A DNA stretch of 64,000 bases. It comes from an uncultured Lentimicrobiaceae bacterium (GTDB taxonomy: Bacteria > Bacteroidota > Bacteroidia > Bacteroidales > JAGNHN01). Each line of letters begins with the position of its first letter. Positions within the stretch are counted from its first letter, which is position 1. A model generated the notes under the pieces. It had not been told where the DNA came from and did no database searches. It worked only from the letters and a program-made list of their open reading frames with translations. This document shows positions 1 to 8,909 of this stretch, in pieces. Location of the stretch: contig CAZPYJ010000003.1 in the NCBI GenBank assembly GCA_964590645.1, forward strand, positions 32,349 through 96,348, read 5' to 3'. The position numbers and the translations under genes were made by a program.

Positions 1-241
1 AAGCAAAAGCAAGACTCAGCCCATCGAGAAGAAAATCAAACCCAAGGCCGAGCTCCGGTATCCAGGGGAAGGACTCGGTTCGGTTGATCCCTTCTATGAC
101 CCCCTGACTTTGGTAAATGAACCAAAAGAAAAAAGCAAATTGAAGCACAGCCATCCAGATGCCGCGGATGCGTTTCAGGGGTGCCGGAAGCAGGAAAAGG
201 GAAGCTCCTGCCAGAAGATAGATGATCAGAATGCCTGTCAT
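1..241 (-). CDS. Partial (N-terminal part only) MrpA/NuoL-like cation:proton antiporter membrane subunit
   Basis: Absent from the ORF track because it runs off the window. Manual translation from the ATG (revcomp of cat 239-241) gives MTGILIIYLLAGASLFLLPAPLKRIRGIWMAVLQFAFFFWFIYQSQGVIEGINRTESFPWIPELGLGFDFLLDGLSLAFA. The hydrophobic N-terminus plus W-I-P-x-L-G...F-x-L-D-G-L-S-L motif is typical of MrpA/MnhA/NuoL-type subunits. Confidence 0.5.
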   Translation of the reverse strand, partial: MTGILIIYLLAGASLFLLPAPLKRIRGIWMAVLQFAFFFWFIYQSQGVIEGINRTESFPWIPELGLGFDFLLDGLSLAFA

Positions 242-311
242 ACCATAATTTCTTCAACCGGGCTGAAGACTCCAGCCGGGCAGAATACCAACAAGCAGCC
301 GGAGAAAAAGT

Positions 312-352
312 TATGCGCCTGTGCCCTTGCATATAAGGGGCACAGGCGCATA
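312..352 (-). terminator. Rho-independent terminator downstream of the M16 peptidase gene
   Basis: Perfect 14-bp inverted repeat atgcgcctgtgccc / gggcacaggcgcat (313-326 / 338-351). On the minus strand it is followed by aacttttt. It starts a few nt after the peptidase stop (359-361). Confidence 0.6.
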
Positions 353-358
353 TCCGGA

Positions 359-3295
359 TCAGTAATTAAAGATCTCTTCCAGACTGAGTTCCTTCAGGGT
401 TCCCATCTGGGCCAGGATATTCATATCCAGGTTTTCCTTCTTGCCCATTATCAGGTATATGTAGCTGTTTCCAGCGATGTACTGGTTAAAGAAGGCTTCA
501 AACTCATCCAGGCTCATCTCCTGCATCTGTGCATACACATCGCGCCGGATATCATAATCAATCCCCTGATCCTGCAGCCTTTGCCAGGTCCAGAATATCC
601 GGGTTTTGATGATGCGCTCGGTTTCGATCTTTTTCATAATGCTCTCCCTGGCCAGGTCGTATTGCTGCTGGGCGCGGGGCATCTCATTCATCAGCTCCAT
701 CAGGGCATCGGTGGCAATATTGAGCTTGTCGCCCTGGGTTCCTACAAAACCATAGAGATAGAAAGGATCTTCTTTTTTCTGCGGAATAGAGAAGGCGGAG
801 AAGGCGGCATAAGCCAGGGCCTTGGATTCGCGAATTTCCTGAAAGACGATAGAAGACAGTCCACTCCCGAAATACTCGCCGAAAAGTTGGGCTGCCGGAA
901 TCAGGGAGGCATCAAACTCAGGGCCTTTGGCCAGCATCAGAATGTTGGCCTGGACCATATCGTATTCCACAAAATAAACCAGGTCCTGATCGGTATTCTG
1001 AAAGGGGAAATTTTTTGCCGGGGGATAATCAAGCAAGGTCTCAGGGACATTGTGTTTAGCCAGCAGCAAACTGCTTACCTCATCGGGACTTTTCTTTCCA
1101 TAGTAAAAAATGCGGTGCTTGTAGGATGTCAGTTGACGGAGCACCTCTGTCAGCTTCGAGGGATCCAGTGCCCGAAGGCTGTCCTCCGGAAGAATGTGCG
1201 TGAAGGGGTTCTCAGCCCCGTATTTGCCGTAATTGAAGAGGGCCCGCCATAAAATGGCATCCTTGTCGAGTTTGCTGTCCATCCTTTTCTTAAGTATGCC
1301 GTCCACATAATCCCGGAAAGCATCTTCATCGGGCTGAACAGAGGATAAGATGTGCTCCAGCAAGTCGACCCCTTCTTCCAGAGAGGATTCCAGTCCGGTA
1401 ATATAGACGTAGCACCGATCATTGCCCGTACTTACATCCATCGTCAGCCCCAGGCGGAACATCTCCTGCTGCAGCTCGGCGGCGGTATACTTTTCCGTTC
1501 CCAGATAGGGAAGGTAGTTCACGGCCAAGGGAAGCAACAGATCATTATCCGACCCCATATCCAGGATGTACTGGAGATTGAAGAGTTCATTGGTTTTGTT
1601 CTCTATATAGTTGAACTCAAGTCCATTGTCGAGAGAACTTGTATAAATGGATGCAGGGTAATCTACAAAAACAGGCTCCAGGTCCTCGGTTTTCATTTCT
1701 TCAAAGCGGACAAAGAATTCCGATTTCTCATCCCGGTTGATCTCTATAGGAGTGATAGGCGGCTTTTCTACTTTTACAATGCGCTGGGGTTCACCGGTAC
1801 GCTTGTACACCACCACATAATTCTCTCCGTAGTTTTCATTGGCGTACTGCATCACCTCCTCTTTGGTGATCTTCTCCATATTATCAATAAAGGAAAGCTG
1901 TTCGCTGTATTCCTGATGGGTGGTAAATCCGTTTACATAGCTGAAGACGCGGGAGAAATTGCTTTCCATCCGCCGGATTTCCCTAAGGCGCATATCGTTG
2001 ATGATGGCCTCCAGCAGCCAGTCGTCGAACTCCCCTTTTTTAACTTTTTCCACTTCAGCCAGCAACAGGTCTTTTACCTCCTCCAGGCTCTGGCCCTGCC
2101 GGGGGCGCCCATAGAAGCTGTGCATTCCGTAGTCTTTCAGGAAATAGGCATAGGATCCTGCATTGAGAACCTTTTGTTCCTGGTTCAGGTTCAGATCGAT
2201 CAGGCCGGCTTTGCTGTTGCTCAGGATTTTATCGATCAGGCTGACCATCAGATGGTCGTGGCTGCCTACACCGGCATAGCGGAAACTCATCTGCACCGAT
2301 TCGGCATCGCGGCCATAGACATCCACGGCCTTTGCTTCTGTCAGGGCTTCTTCATTTATGGTTTGTGTTTCAGGGAGTTCGCCTGCTGCCATTGGTCCGA
2401 AGTAGCGGTCGATCACCTTTATGGTTTCTTCAAAATCAAGGTCTCCGGCAATGGCTACAGTCATATTGTTAGGAACGTAGTAGGTTTGAGCGAATTCATA
2501 TATTTTGACCATCGACGGATTTTTGAGATGCTCCGGCAGGCCGATGATGGCTCTTCCATAAGGGTGATTGGGAAAGAGGGCAGCCATCATCGCCGCATTG
2601 GCCCGGGTACGGTCCATATCCTGGTACATATTGAATTCTTCATACACTGTTTCCAGCTCTGTATGGAAGAGGCGCAGCACAATATCATTGAAGCGCTCAC
2701 TTTCCAGCATCGCCCATTTCTCCAGGGCATTGGCAGGGATATCATTGATATACACGGTATAATCCAGGGAGGTTCCCGCATTGGTATTCTTGGCACCCAG
2801 GGTGCTTACCATTTTATCGTATTCATTAGGAATGGCGTATTTGGAGGCTTCCGTGGAAAGGCTGTCTATTTCCAGGTAGATGGCAAATTTTTCTGCGCTG
2901 TCGGTGGCGGCTCGGTGGGCTTCAAAGCGCTCAGAAATTTGTTCCAGCAGGGCAGATTCTGCCTCCCAGTCGGAAGTACCGATCTCATCGGTTCCTTTGA
3001 ACATCATATGCTCAAAATAATGGGCCAGCCCGGTGGTTTCCAGCGGGTCGTGGGCAGCGCCGGCACGCACCCCAATCAGGGTAGCCAGCCGTGGCTCGTC
3101 CTGATTGACGCTCAGGAAGACCTTCAGCCCATTATCAAGGGTATAGATGCGGGCGTTCAGCGGGTCGTCGCTGTAAGATTCATAAGTGTAGCCATTGGCA
3201 TCAGTATGCGTACTGCGCTGATACTTTTCTTTGGGCGTACAGGCTACCAGCAGCAGCAACAAGGCTACATTAAGGAGAGATAAAAACTTTTTCAT
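359..3295 (-). CDS. M16 family (insulinase/pitrilysin-like) zinc metallopeptidase, two-unit long form, lipoprotein
   Basis: 978-aa ORF. HxxEH zinc motif in GLAHYFEHMMFKGT. N-terminal lipoprotein signal MKKFLSLLNVALLLLLVAC. Length fits tandem M16 active plus inactive domains. Confidence 0.9.
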   Translation of the reverse strand: MKKFLSLLNVALLLLLVACTPKEKYQRSTHTDANGYTYESYSDDPLNARIYTLDNGLKVFLSVNQDEPRLATLIGVRAGAAHDPLETTGLAHYFEHMMFKGTDEIGTSDWEAESALLEQISERFEAHRAATDSAEKFAIYLEIDSLSTEASKYAIPNEYDKMVSTLGAKNTNAGTSLDYTVYINDIPANALEKWAMLESERFNDIVLRLFHTELETVYEEFNMYQDMDRTRANAAMMAALFPNHPYGRAIIGLPEHLKNPSMVKIYEFAQTYYVPNNMTVAIAGDLDFEETIKVIDRYFGPMAAGELPETQTINEEALTEAKAVDVYGRDAESVQMSFRYAGVGSHDHLMVSLIDKILSNSKAGLIDLNLNQEQKVLNAGSYAYFLKDYGMHSFYGRPRQGQSLEEVKDLLLAEVEKVKKGEFDDWLLEAIINDMRLREIRRMESNFSRVFSYVNGFTTHQEYSEQLSFIDNMEKITKEEVMQYANENYGENYVVVYKRTGEPQRIVKVEKPPITPIEINRDEKSEFFVRFEEMKTEDLEPVFVDYPASIYTSSLDNGLEFNYIENKTNELFNLQYILDMGSDNDLLLPLAVNYLPYLGTEKYTAAELQQEMFRLGLTMDVSTGNDRCYVYITGLESSLEEGVDLLEHILSSVQPDEDAFRDYVDGILKKRMDSKLDKDAILWRALFNYGKYGAENPFTHILPEDSLRALDPSKLTEVLRQLTSYKHRIFYYGKKSPDEVSSLLLAKHNVPETLLDYPPAKNFPFQNTDQDLVYFVEYDMVQANILMLAKGPEFDASLIPAAQLFGEYFGSGLSSIVFQEIRESKALAYAAFSAFSIPQKKEDPFYLYGFVGTQGDKLNIATDALMELMNEMPRAQQQYDLARESIMKKIETERIIKTRIFWTWQRLQDQGIDYDIRRDVYAQMQEMSLDEFEAFFNQYIAGNSYIYLIMGKKENLDMNILAQMGTLKELSLEEIFNY

Positions 3296-3392
3296 AAGAT
3301 GATTTGCTTTGGTTTTTCGTGGTGAAGGCCAAAGGTAAGATTTGCAGCGGAATGGAGGAAAGCTGGATAGAATAAATTTCTTTTAAGCCTCC

Positions 3393-4166
3393 CTAAAGCT
3401 TCCTCCCTATATAGAAGGCGTAACCATAGTGCTGCTTGTATTTCATATACAGCCTGGTCTCGGCACGCTGGTTCTCAATAAAGGCCTCTGCCGTGGAATT
3501 CCCGGCGTACTTCTTAAGGAAATCTTCCTGTAGTTTCACCTGGGGTGCATAGAAGTGTTCCGTCCAACATTCTTCAGGCAGAATAAAAGAGGCCACCGGC
3601 ACATAGCCGGCATCCTGCATCCTGGCAAGGTTTGCCGGTATGGTATCTATCCCCGGATAGGCATCCTCCCAGAATGCTTCAATCTCCTTCGGACGCCGGG
3701 AGGTAAACCACGAAGCCTCAGATACCACGATCCAGCCTCCGGGCTTCAGAAAGGGCCTCCATTCCAGCATTCCACGCTCAAAACCTATGTTATAAATGGC
3801 GCCTTCCGACCAGATCATATCCAGTTCCTCTTCCCGAAAAGGAAGCTGTTCCATATTCCCAACCATCCCCTGAACGCGGTCCTCTAATTGCAGGCGCGCT
3901 GCATTTTTATTGAAGAGATTGATGAATTCGGGAAAAAGGTCCAATCCTCGAATATGCGCGGGGCAGTGTTGTGCCAGCACCATCGTCTGACCACCGGTGC
4001 CGCAGCCGATGTCCGCAATGTGTGCCTCCTCTCCAAAGGCTTCCACAAAACTGAGGGCTTTGAGGGTGGCTTCCGGACTGCCCGGGCCTTGCCGTTCGAT
4101 GCCGGCGTAATATTCGCAGATGAGTTGAAAATCGAAATCGTGTATGGATGTTTGTTCTGTGCTCAT
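3393..4166 (-). CDS. Class I SAM-dependent methyltransferase
   Basis: Motif [11 protein letters not shown]. Start chosen at the internal ATG (MSTEQTSIH...); the longer ORF-track start adds a non-conserved hydrophobic leader. Confidence 0.8.
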   Translation of the reverse strand: MSTEQTSIHDFDFQLICEYYAGIERQGPGSPEATLKALSFVEAFGEEAHIADIGCGTGGQTMVLAQHCPAHIRGLDLFPEFINLFNKNAARLQLEDRVQGMVGNMEQLPFREEELDMIWSEGAIYNIGFERGMLEWRPFLKPGGWIVVSEASWFTSRRPKEIEAFWEDAYPGIDTIPANLARMQDAGYVPVASFILPEECWTEHFYAPQVKLQEDFLKKYAGNSTAEAFIENQRAETRLYMKYKQHYGYAFYIGRKL

Positions 4167-4432
4167 TGTAAAGTCTGTTTTGTCCTGCCCCATAACCGAA
4201 AGAAGTGGCTCATCGGCAGGCAGTATGGTAAAATAAGTGAATATTGAAATAACCCAGGGCAGGAATCTACCCGGGGAAAAAAAGAACAAAGTCCTGGCAT
4301 TTCACCACGACTTATGCAGGCACACGCTCCGAAATCACTTTAAACATCCAAAATTATTGATGCTGCGAAGATAGTGTACTTTGTACTATCCTCCAATATT
4401 GACGAAATCTTCTTACACTCCTCACTTCGCAT

Positions 4433-5968
4433 TCACTCGTCCTGGTTGAAGAATGTTGCCGGAATCAGCGTCTTTGCCTCTTTCAGATGGTAGTAATAAA
4501 AATATCCTGCCACTTTTTCCTGGCGCAGGATGGGAATACTATCCAGGCCTGATGCTTCATTGAAGTATGGTATGAAAAGGGTGGTGTCCATTCGTTTATG
4601 TCTTGTGTGCGACAAGAGGACAAGATCACTTCCTGCAGGGATATCCCCATTATGAAGATTAACCTCAAAATACTTATGCGTTCGATGCAGGCTGCCCGAA
4701 ACATAGAGTTTTTTTCCAAGCGGACCTGCCAGGTAGTGATCAAAATGGGCAGCCGGAAACCAGTTACTGCAGGCAAAGCAGGTCTGTCGCTCCTTCAACA
4801 TAGGCAGGCGGGTAAGCAAAGCGGGCTTTGCCTGATCCCAACCATACATATCAAGACTGACATCCTTTTCAGGGGAAAGTTTGCCTGAAAGAATGCCTGT
4901 TTGGATAATGATGGTGCCAAGGATGATAAGGAGGATATTCAGAATATAGCCTGCAATACTGAGGCGGAGGACGCGCATTTTGATTTTTTCAGAAAGCCAG
5001 ACTGAAGCCATCAGCGTAGCCGAAAGGTAGGCTGGACCACTCCAGTGCAAAAGGCTTGGCCGTGTGAGTGTGATTCCCAGGAATGTGATGGATATTGGGA
5101 AAAAAGAAAGAAAAAGCAATGAAGCCTGCTTTTTTCCAATGATTGTTTTGAGTGCACGATAATGCATCAGGCGATACATCAGCAAAAGGAATAGAATGGG
5201 AGAAGCCATCAGAACCTGTCCCATCATCTCCCTGAAGAAATAATCCCAACGAAGTTCCCCTTGCCACACAGCCCTTTCGCTGTGAAAGGAAAAACTCTGA
5301 AAGTCGTGTAGCCAATTCCACCATACCACAGGCAGGAGGCAAATCATAGTTATGACAAGCGAAGCATACAAGCGGGGCTTCAGCAGCTGGTCGCGGTGAT
5401 ATAGGGCAAGAAAGCCCAGCATTGCAGGCCAGTAAAAGAGAGCGGAGTATTTGGAAAGGGAAGCAAGGCCAACGAATAATCCAAAGTACATCAGGTTTTG
5501 ACCTTTGAGCGATCTCTCTGAAATGCTGAAAAGCGTCGCCTGTTCCAGCGCCAGTGCCAGGAACAGTACCAATGCTGCATCGGGCATCGCAAAAAAACCG
5601 GAAACCACGGAAAAGTAGGGCGAAGAATGAAAAAGGAGCAGGGCGATCAGGCCGGAAGTATCTCCGGCCAGGCGCCTGGCGATGCGAAAAACAATCCAGG
5701 AAGTGAGTGCTGAAAGCAGGATCGGGCCCAGTCGAACCAATACATCGCTGCTAAAGAGCAGGTTAAGTGTTGTGAGCTGAATCATCCAACCGACCATTGG
5801 TGGATGGTCAAAATGACTCAGATCCGGGAAACGGGCATATTGCAGATAGTAAACCTCATCATTCCCCAGCTGCAGGAAGAATGCTGCAATGATTTTTATT
5901 CCGCTGATTAAGCCAATGAAAATGAGGGCTTTCAGCCGTGTTGTGGTTTTGGGAATATCTGTGTCCAT
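4433..5968 (-). CDS. GT-C fold membrane glycosyltransferase (ArnT / GT39-GT83-like)
   Basis: Polytopic membrane protein with the characteristic first-loop motif LGNDEVYYLQYARF...HPPMVGW. Start taken at MDTDIPKTT. It overlaps the end of the upstream PHP gene by 37 nt. Confidence 0.7.
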   Translation of the reverse strand: MDTDIPKTTTRLKALIFIGLISGIKIIAAFFLQLGNDEVYYLQYARFPDLSHFDHPPMVGWMIQLTTLNLLFSSDVLVRLGPILLSALTSWIVFRIARRLAGDTSGLIALLLFHSSPYFSVVSGFFAMPDAALVLFLALALEQATLFSISERSLKGQNLMYFGLFVGLASLSKYSALFYWPAMLGFLALYHRDQLLKPRLYASLVITMICLLPVVWWNWLHDFQSFSFHSERAVWQGELRWDYFFREMMGQVLMASPILFLLLMYRLMHYRALKTIIGKKQASLLFLSFFPISITFLGITLTRPSLLHWSGPAYLSATLMASVWLSEKIKMRVLRLSIAGYILNILLIILGTIIIQTGILSGKLSPEKDVSLDMYGWDQAKPALLTRLPMLKERQTCFACSNWFPAAHFDHYLAGPLGKKLYVSGSLHRTHKYFEVNLHNGDIPAGSDLVLLSHTRHKRMDTTLFIPYFNEASGLDSIPILRQEKVAGYFYYYHLKEAKTLIPATFFNQDE

Positions 5969-7155
5969 AAAGGAAAGGATGGTCTTCTGAAGTGAGCCCT
6001 GCGTTTGATCAGGATAAGCAAAGGAAAGCTTAAGACAATCAGGATAATCATTCGGATAGCGGCCGTTTTCCACGGATCGACGATCGCCTGGCGAGCAGTA
6101 AAAGGCTCAATATCATATCTATACAAGGGATTGAACAGTATCTCTGTCCCGTTTTCAAATTGAGCACTGATCCTGATGTACTGGTCTGTGCACTGCATTG
6201 GGTAAACAGCTATTGCAGTGTCTTTCCCCATTGAGGCAATTTCTCCGCCCTGGCGTATAAAGCGGACACGCTTCATTTTTCGGTCAAAAGCAATCCGAAT
6301 TACATTACTGTCGAGGGTAAAGCTATGTAAAACCGGTATATCAGAGAAGAGTTTTTGTTTGGTCCGTAAGCACATCGTGTCTTTGTGAGGCATTTTCACC
6401 ACCAGGTTCCTCCCACTCCTTAATGCCTCCACAATGTCTGTCTGTTGAAGGCTGTCAGCATAAATCAGGTTTAATGCACGGCCATAATCGCGGGATTGCA
6501 TCAGGTGAAAATCATCGTTTCCTACCGCGAAAGCCGGATAGCCCGAGCTCAATACTGCATCCCATTGTTCATCATATCGTTTGCCCTGGTTCAGTATCTC
6601 CACCAAATCGAACCCGGCAAGAGATTTGAGCTCCCGGGCTTTGTAGCCTCCTGACCACCCAGGGTGTGCCAGCGCGATGAGCGCACTGTTTTTTCGTAAG
6701 GTTTGAAGATTATGCTGCTTCTGATGAAAACCCTGGTAGAATGGCTGATCGGACCAGACAGGAGCGGATGCCCCAATCAGTATCTGATGTGTTTTGGAGA
6801 AATTGGTGCCGTGCTCATACACAGGAATGAATCCCATACTGTCGCGAAGGCTATTGTTGATGTGCATATAATCCGATATACCGATGATGTCATACCCCAG
6901 CGAACGATATAGCGAAAGGAGTTCCTTTTCCGTGACATCCCCGAAAGTCATTCCACCCCACTTCCTCGTATGGGCGTGGAAGTTGGCTCTAAAGATTCTT
7001 TTTTTGGAAAGATCCTGATATGGATTGTAGATACTGTCTCCCTTGAAGGCAGAAGCCTCGGGACGGTGGAAGTAGCGAACCGGCAAATAGCTTGCCAGTC
7101 CGAACCATAGTATCCCAAGGATTAGAAAAGCAATGATTTGCAACACTTTCTTCAT
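5932..7155 (-). CDS. PHP-domain (polymerase/histidinol phosphatase-like) metallohydrolase, membrane anchored
   Basis: N-terminal TM segment, then FRANFHAHTRKWGG (H-x-H), GISDYMH, ALAHPGW and GNDDFH metal-ligand-like motifs. A C-terminal TM segment is also present. Confidence 0.6.
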   Translation of the reverse strand: MKKVLQIIAFLILGILWFGLASYLPVRYFHRPEASAFKGDSIYNPYQDLSKKRIFRANFHAHTRKWGGMTFGDVTEKELLSLYRSLGYDIIGISDYMHINNSLRDSMGFIPVYEHGTNFSKTHQILIGASAPVWSDQPFYQGFHQKQHNLQTLRKNSALIALAHPGWSGGYKARELKSLAGFDLVEILNQGKRYDEQWDAVLSSGYPAFAVGNDDFHLMQSRDYGRALNLIYADSLQQTDIVEALRSGRNLVVKMPHKDTMCLRTKQKLFSDIPVLHSFTLDSNVIRIAFDRKMKRVRFIRQGGEIASMGKDTAIAVYPMQCTDQYIRISAQFENGTEILFNPLYRYDIEPFTARQAIVDPWKTAAIRMIILIVLSFPLLILIKRRAHFRRPSFPLWTQIFPKPQHG

Positions 7156-7269
7156 CGCACAGATTTGTGCGAAAAGTGAGCAATCTATGTAAAAAGAGTA
7201 TTAAGCAGGGATTGAACAATCGTTAAGATTTCGCCTCAAACTAAAGAAGAAATGCTTCGAAATGATTTT

Positions 7270-8781
7270 TTACAGATTTCGCCCGATCACCACAGCCAGC
7301 TCATCCCGATGCACTCTTTCCTGCTTCATCGAATCCCTTTCACGAATAGTGACCGTCTCATCTTCCAGGGTTTGGTGGTCGATGGTTACACAATAGGGTG
7401 TGCCGATGGCATCCTGGCGGCGGTATCGCTTCCCGATGGTGTCCTTGTCTTCATAATAGCACATAAACTGCCTTTTCAGGCCGTCCATTATTTCCCTGCC
7501 TTTTTCCGGAAGTCCGTCTTTCTTCGTCAGGGGCAGTACGGCCACTTTATAAGGTGCCAGGAAAGCCGGGATACGCATCACCACACGGGTGGAGCCGTCC
7601 TCCAGGGCCTCTTCACAATATGCGTAGCTCAGGATGGCAAGGAAGGTGCGATCCAGGCCAATGGAAGTTTCAACCACATAAGGTACATAAGAGCTGTTGG
7701 TGTCCGGATCGAAGTATTGCAGCTTTTTGCCGGAATGCTCCTGATGGGCGCCCAGGTCAAAATCGGTGCGGCTGTGAATGCCTTCCAGCTCTTTGAAGCC
7801 CATCGGGAACAGGAACTCTATATCGGTGGCGGCATTGGCGTAATGCGCCAGTTTCTCGTGATCGTGAAAGCGGTAATACTCGGCCGGAATGCCCAGGCCC
7901 TGATGCCATTTTATGCGTTCGGTTTTCCAGTATTCAAACCATTCTTTCTCCGTACCGGGCTGGATGAAGAACTGCATCTCCATCTGCTCAAATTCACGCA
8001 TCCGAAAAATGAACTGCCGGGCCACGATTTCGTTGCGGAAAGCCTTTCCCACCTGGGCAATTCCAAAAGGCAGCTTCATCCTGCCTGTTTTCTGTACGTT
8101 CAGGTAATTCACAAAAATACCCTGGGCAGTCTCCGGGCGCAGGTATATCGTATTGGCAGCATCGGCTGTACTGCCCATTTTGGTGGAGAACATCAGGTTG
8201 AATTGCCGCACTTCCGTCCAGCTTTTTGATCCGCTCAGCGGACAGGAAATCTCCAGATCTTCTATCAGTGTCTTGATGCCATCCAGGTCGTTGTCTTCCA
8301 TCGACTTGTAGAGCCGTCCCTTGATTTCCTCCATCTGCTGCAGGTATCCCATCACCCGCGGATTGGTCTGGCGGTACACCGCTTCGTCAAAGCTGTCCCC
8401 GAAACGTTTGGCTGCCTTGGTGATCTCCTTTTGGATTTTTTCTTCAATCTTCCCCAGATGGTCTTCTACCAGCACATCGGCACGGTATCGCTTCTTGGAA
8501 TCCTTGTTGTCGATCATCGGATCATTGAAAGCATCCACGTGGCCCGAAGCTTTCCAGGTGGTGGGGTGCATAAAGATGGCAGAATCCAGCCCCACGATAT
8601 TCTCGTGGTACTGTACCATCGAGCGCCACCAGTACTGGATGATATTGCGCTTTAGTTCTACCCCGTTCTGTCCGTAGTCATATACGGCAGCCAATCCATC
8701 ATAAATCTCGCTGGACTGAAACACAAACCCATACTCTTTGGCGTGGGCTATGATCTTTTTGAGAAGGTCTTCATTTGCCAT
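7270..8781 (-). CDS. glyQS: Glycine--tRNA ligase (homodimeric alpha2 type)
   Basis: 503 aa. N-terminus MANEDLLKKIIAHAKEYGFVFQSSEIYDGLAAVYDYGQNGVELKRNI and the remaining sequence are typical of class II GlyRS. Confidence 0.95.
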   Translation of the reverse strand: MANEDLLKKIIAHAKEYGFVFQSSEIYDGLAAVYDYGQNGVELKRNIIQYWWRSMVQYHENIVGLDSAIFMHPTTWKASGHVDAFNDPMIDNKDSKKRYRADVLVEDHLGKIEEKIQKEITKAAKRFGDSFDEAVYRQTNPRVMGYLQQMEEIKGRLYKSMEDNDLDGIKTLIEDLEISCPLSGSKSWTEVRQFNLMFSTKMGSTADAANTIYLRPETAQGIFVNYLNVQKTGRMKLPFGIAQVGKAFRNEIVARQFIFRMREFEQMEMQFFIQPGTEKEWFEYWKTERIKWHQGLGIPAEYYRFHDHEKLAHYANAATDIEFLFPMGFKELEGIHSRTDFDLGAHQEHSGKKLQYFDPDTNSSYVPYVVETSIGLDRTFLAILSYAYCEEALEDGSTRVVMRIPAFLAPYKVAVLPLTKKDGLPEKGREIMDGLKRQFMCYYEDKDTIGKRYRRQDAIGTPYCVTIDHQTLEDETVTIRERDSMKQERVHRDELAVVIGRNL

Positions 8782-8909
8782 CCGGCAAAAATACCAAAAG
8801 ATTCACGACAGCATTGCAGCAATGCAGATGGAGAAATTCTTCTAACTTAGTCGGCCTTAAAATGAACCCTCTCTGTCGGTCGCTGTTCAGGGAGCTAAAT
8901 GATGATCAG

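Noticed and set aside
110-3283. Long plus-strand ORFs (110-1252, 1352-3283; 380 and 643 aa)
   Set aside because: They are antisense shadows of the M16 peptidase and MrpA-like genes. Their translations are low-complexity, family-less and rich in residues typical of reverse-frame reading, while the minus-strand frame has an HxxEH peptidase signature.
7252-8229. 325-aa plus-strand ORF opposite glyQS
   Set aside because: It lies entirely within the well-supported GlyRS gene on the other strand and has no recognisable motifs.
8775-8909. Upstream extension of the speA ORF overlapping the glyQS start
   Set aside because: It is a non-conserved basic leader that would overlap the divergent gene. The canonical SpeA N-terminus begins at the ATG at 8910.
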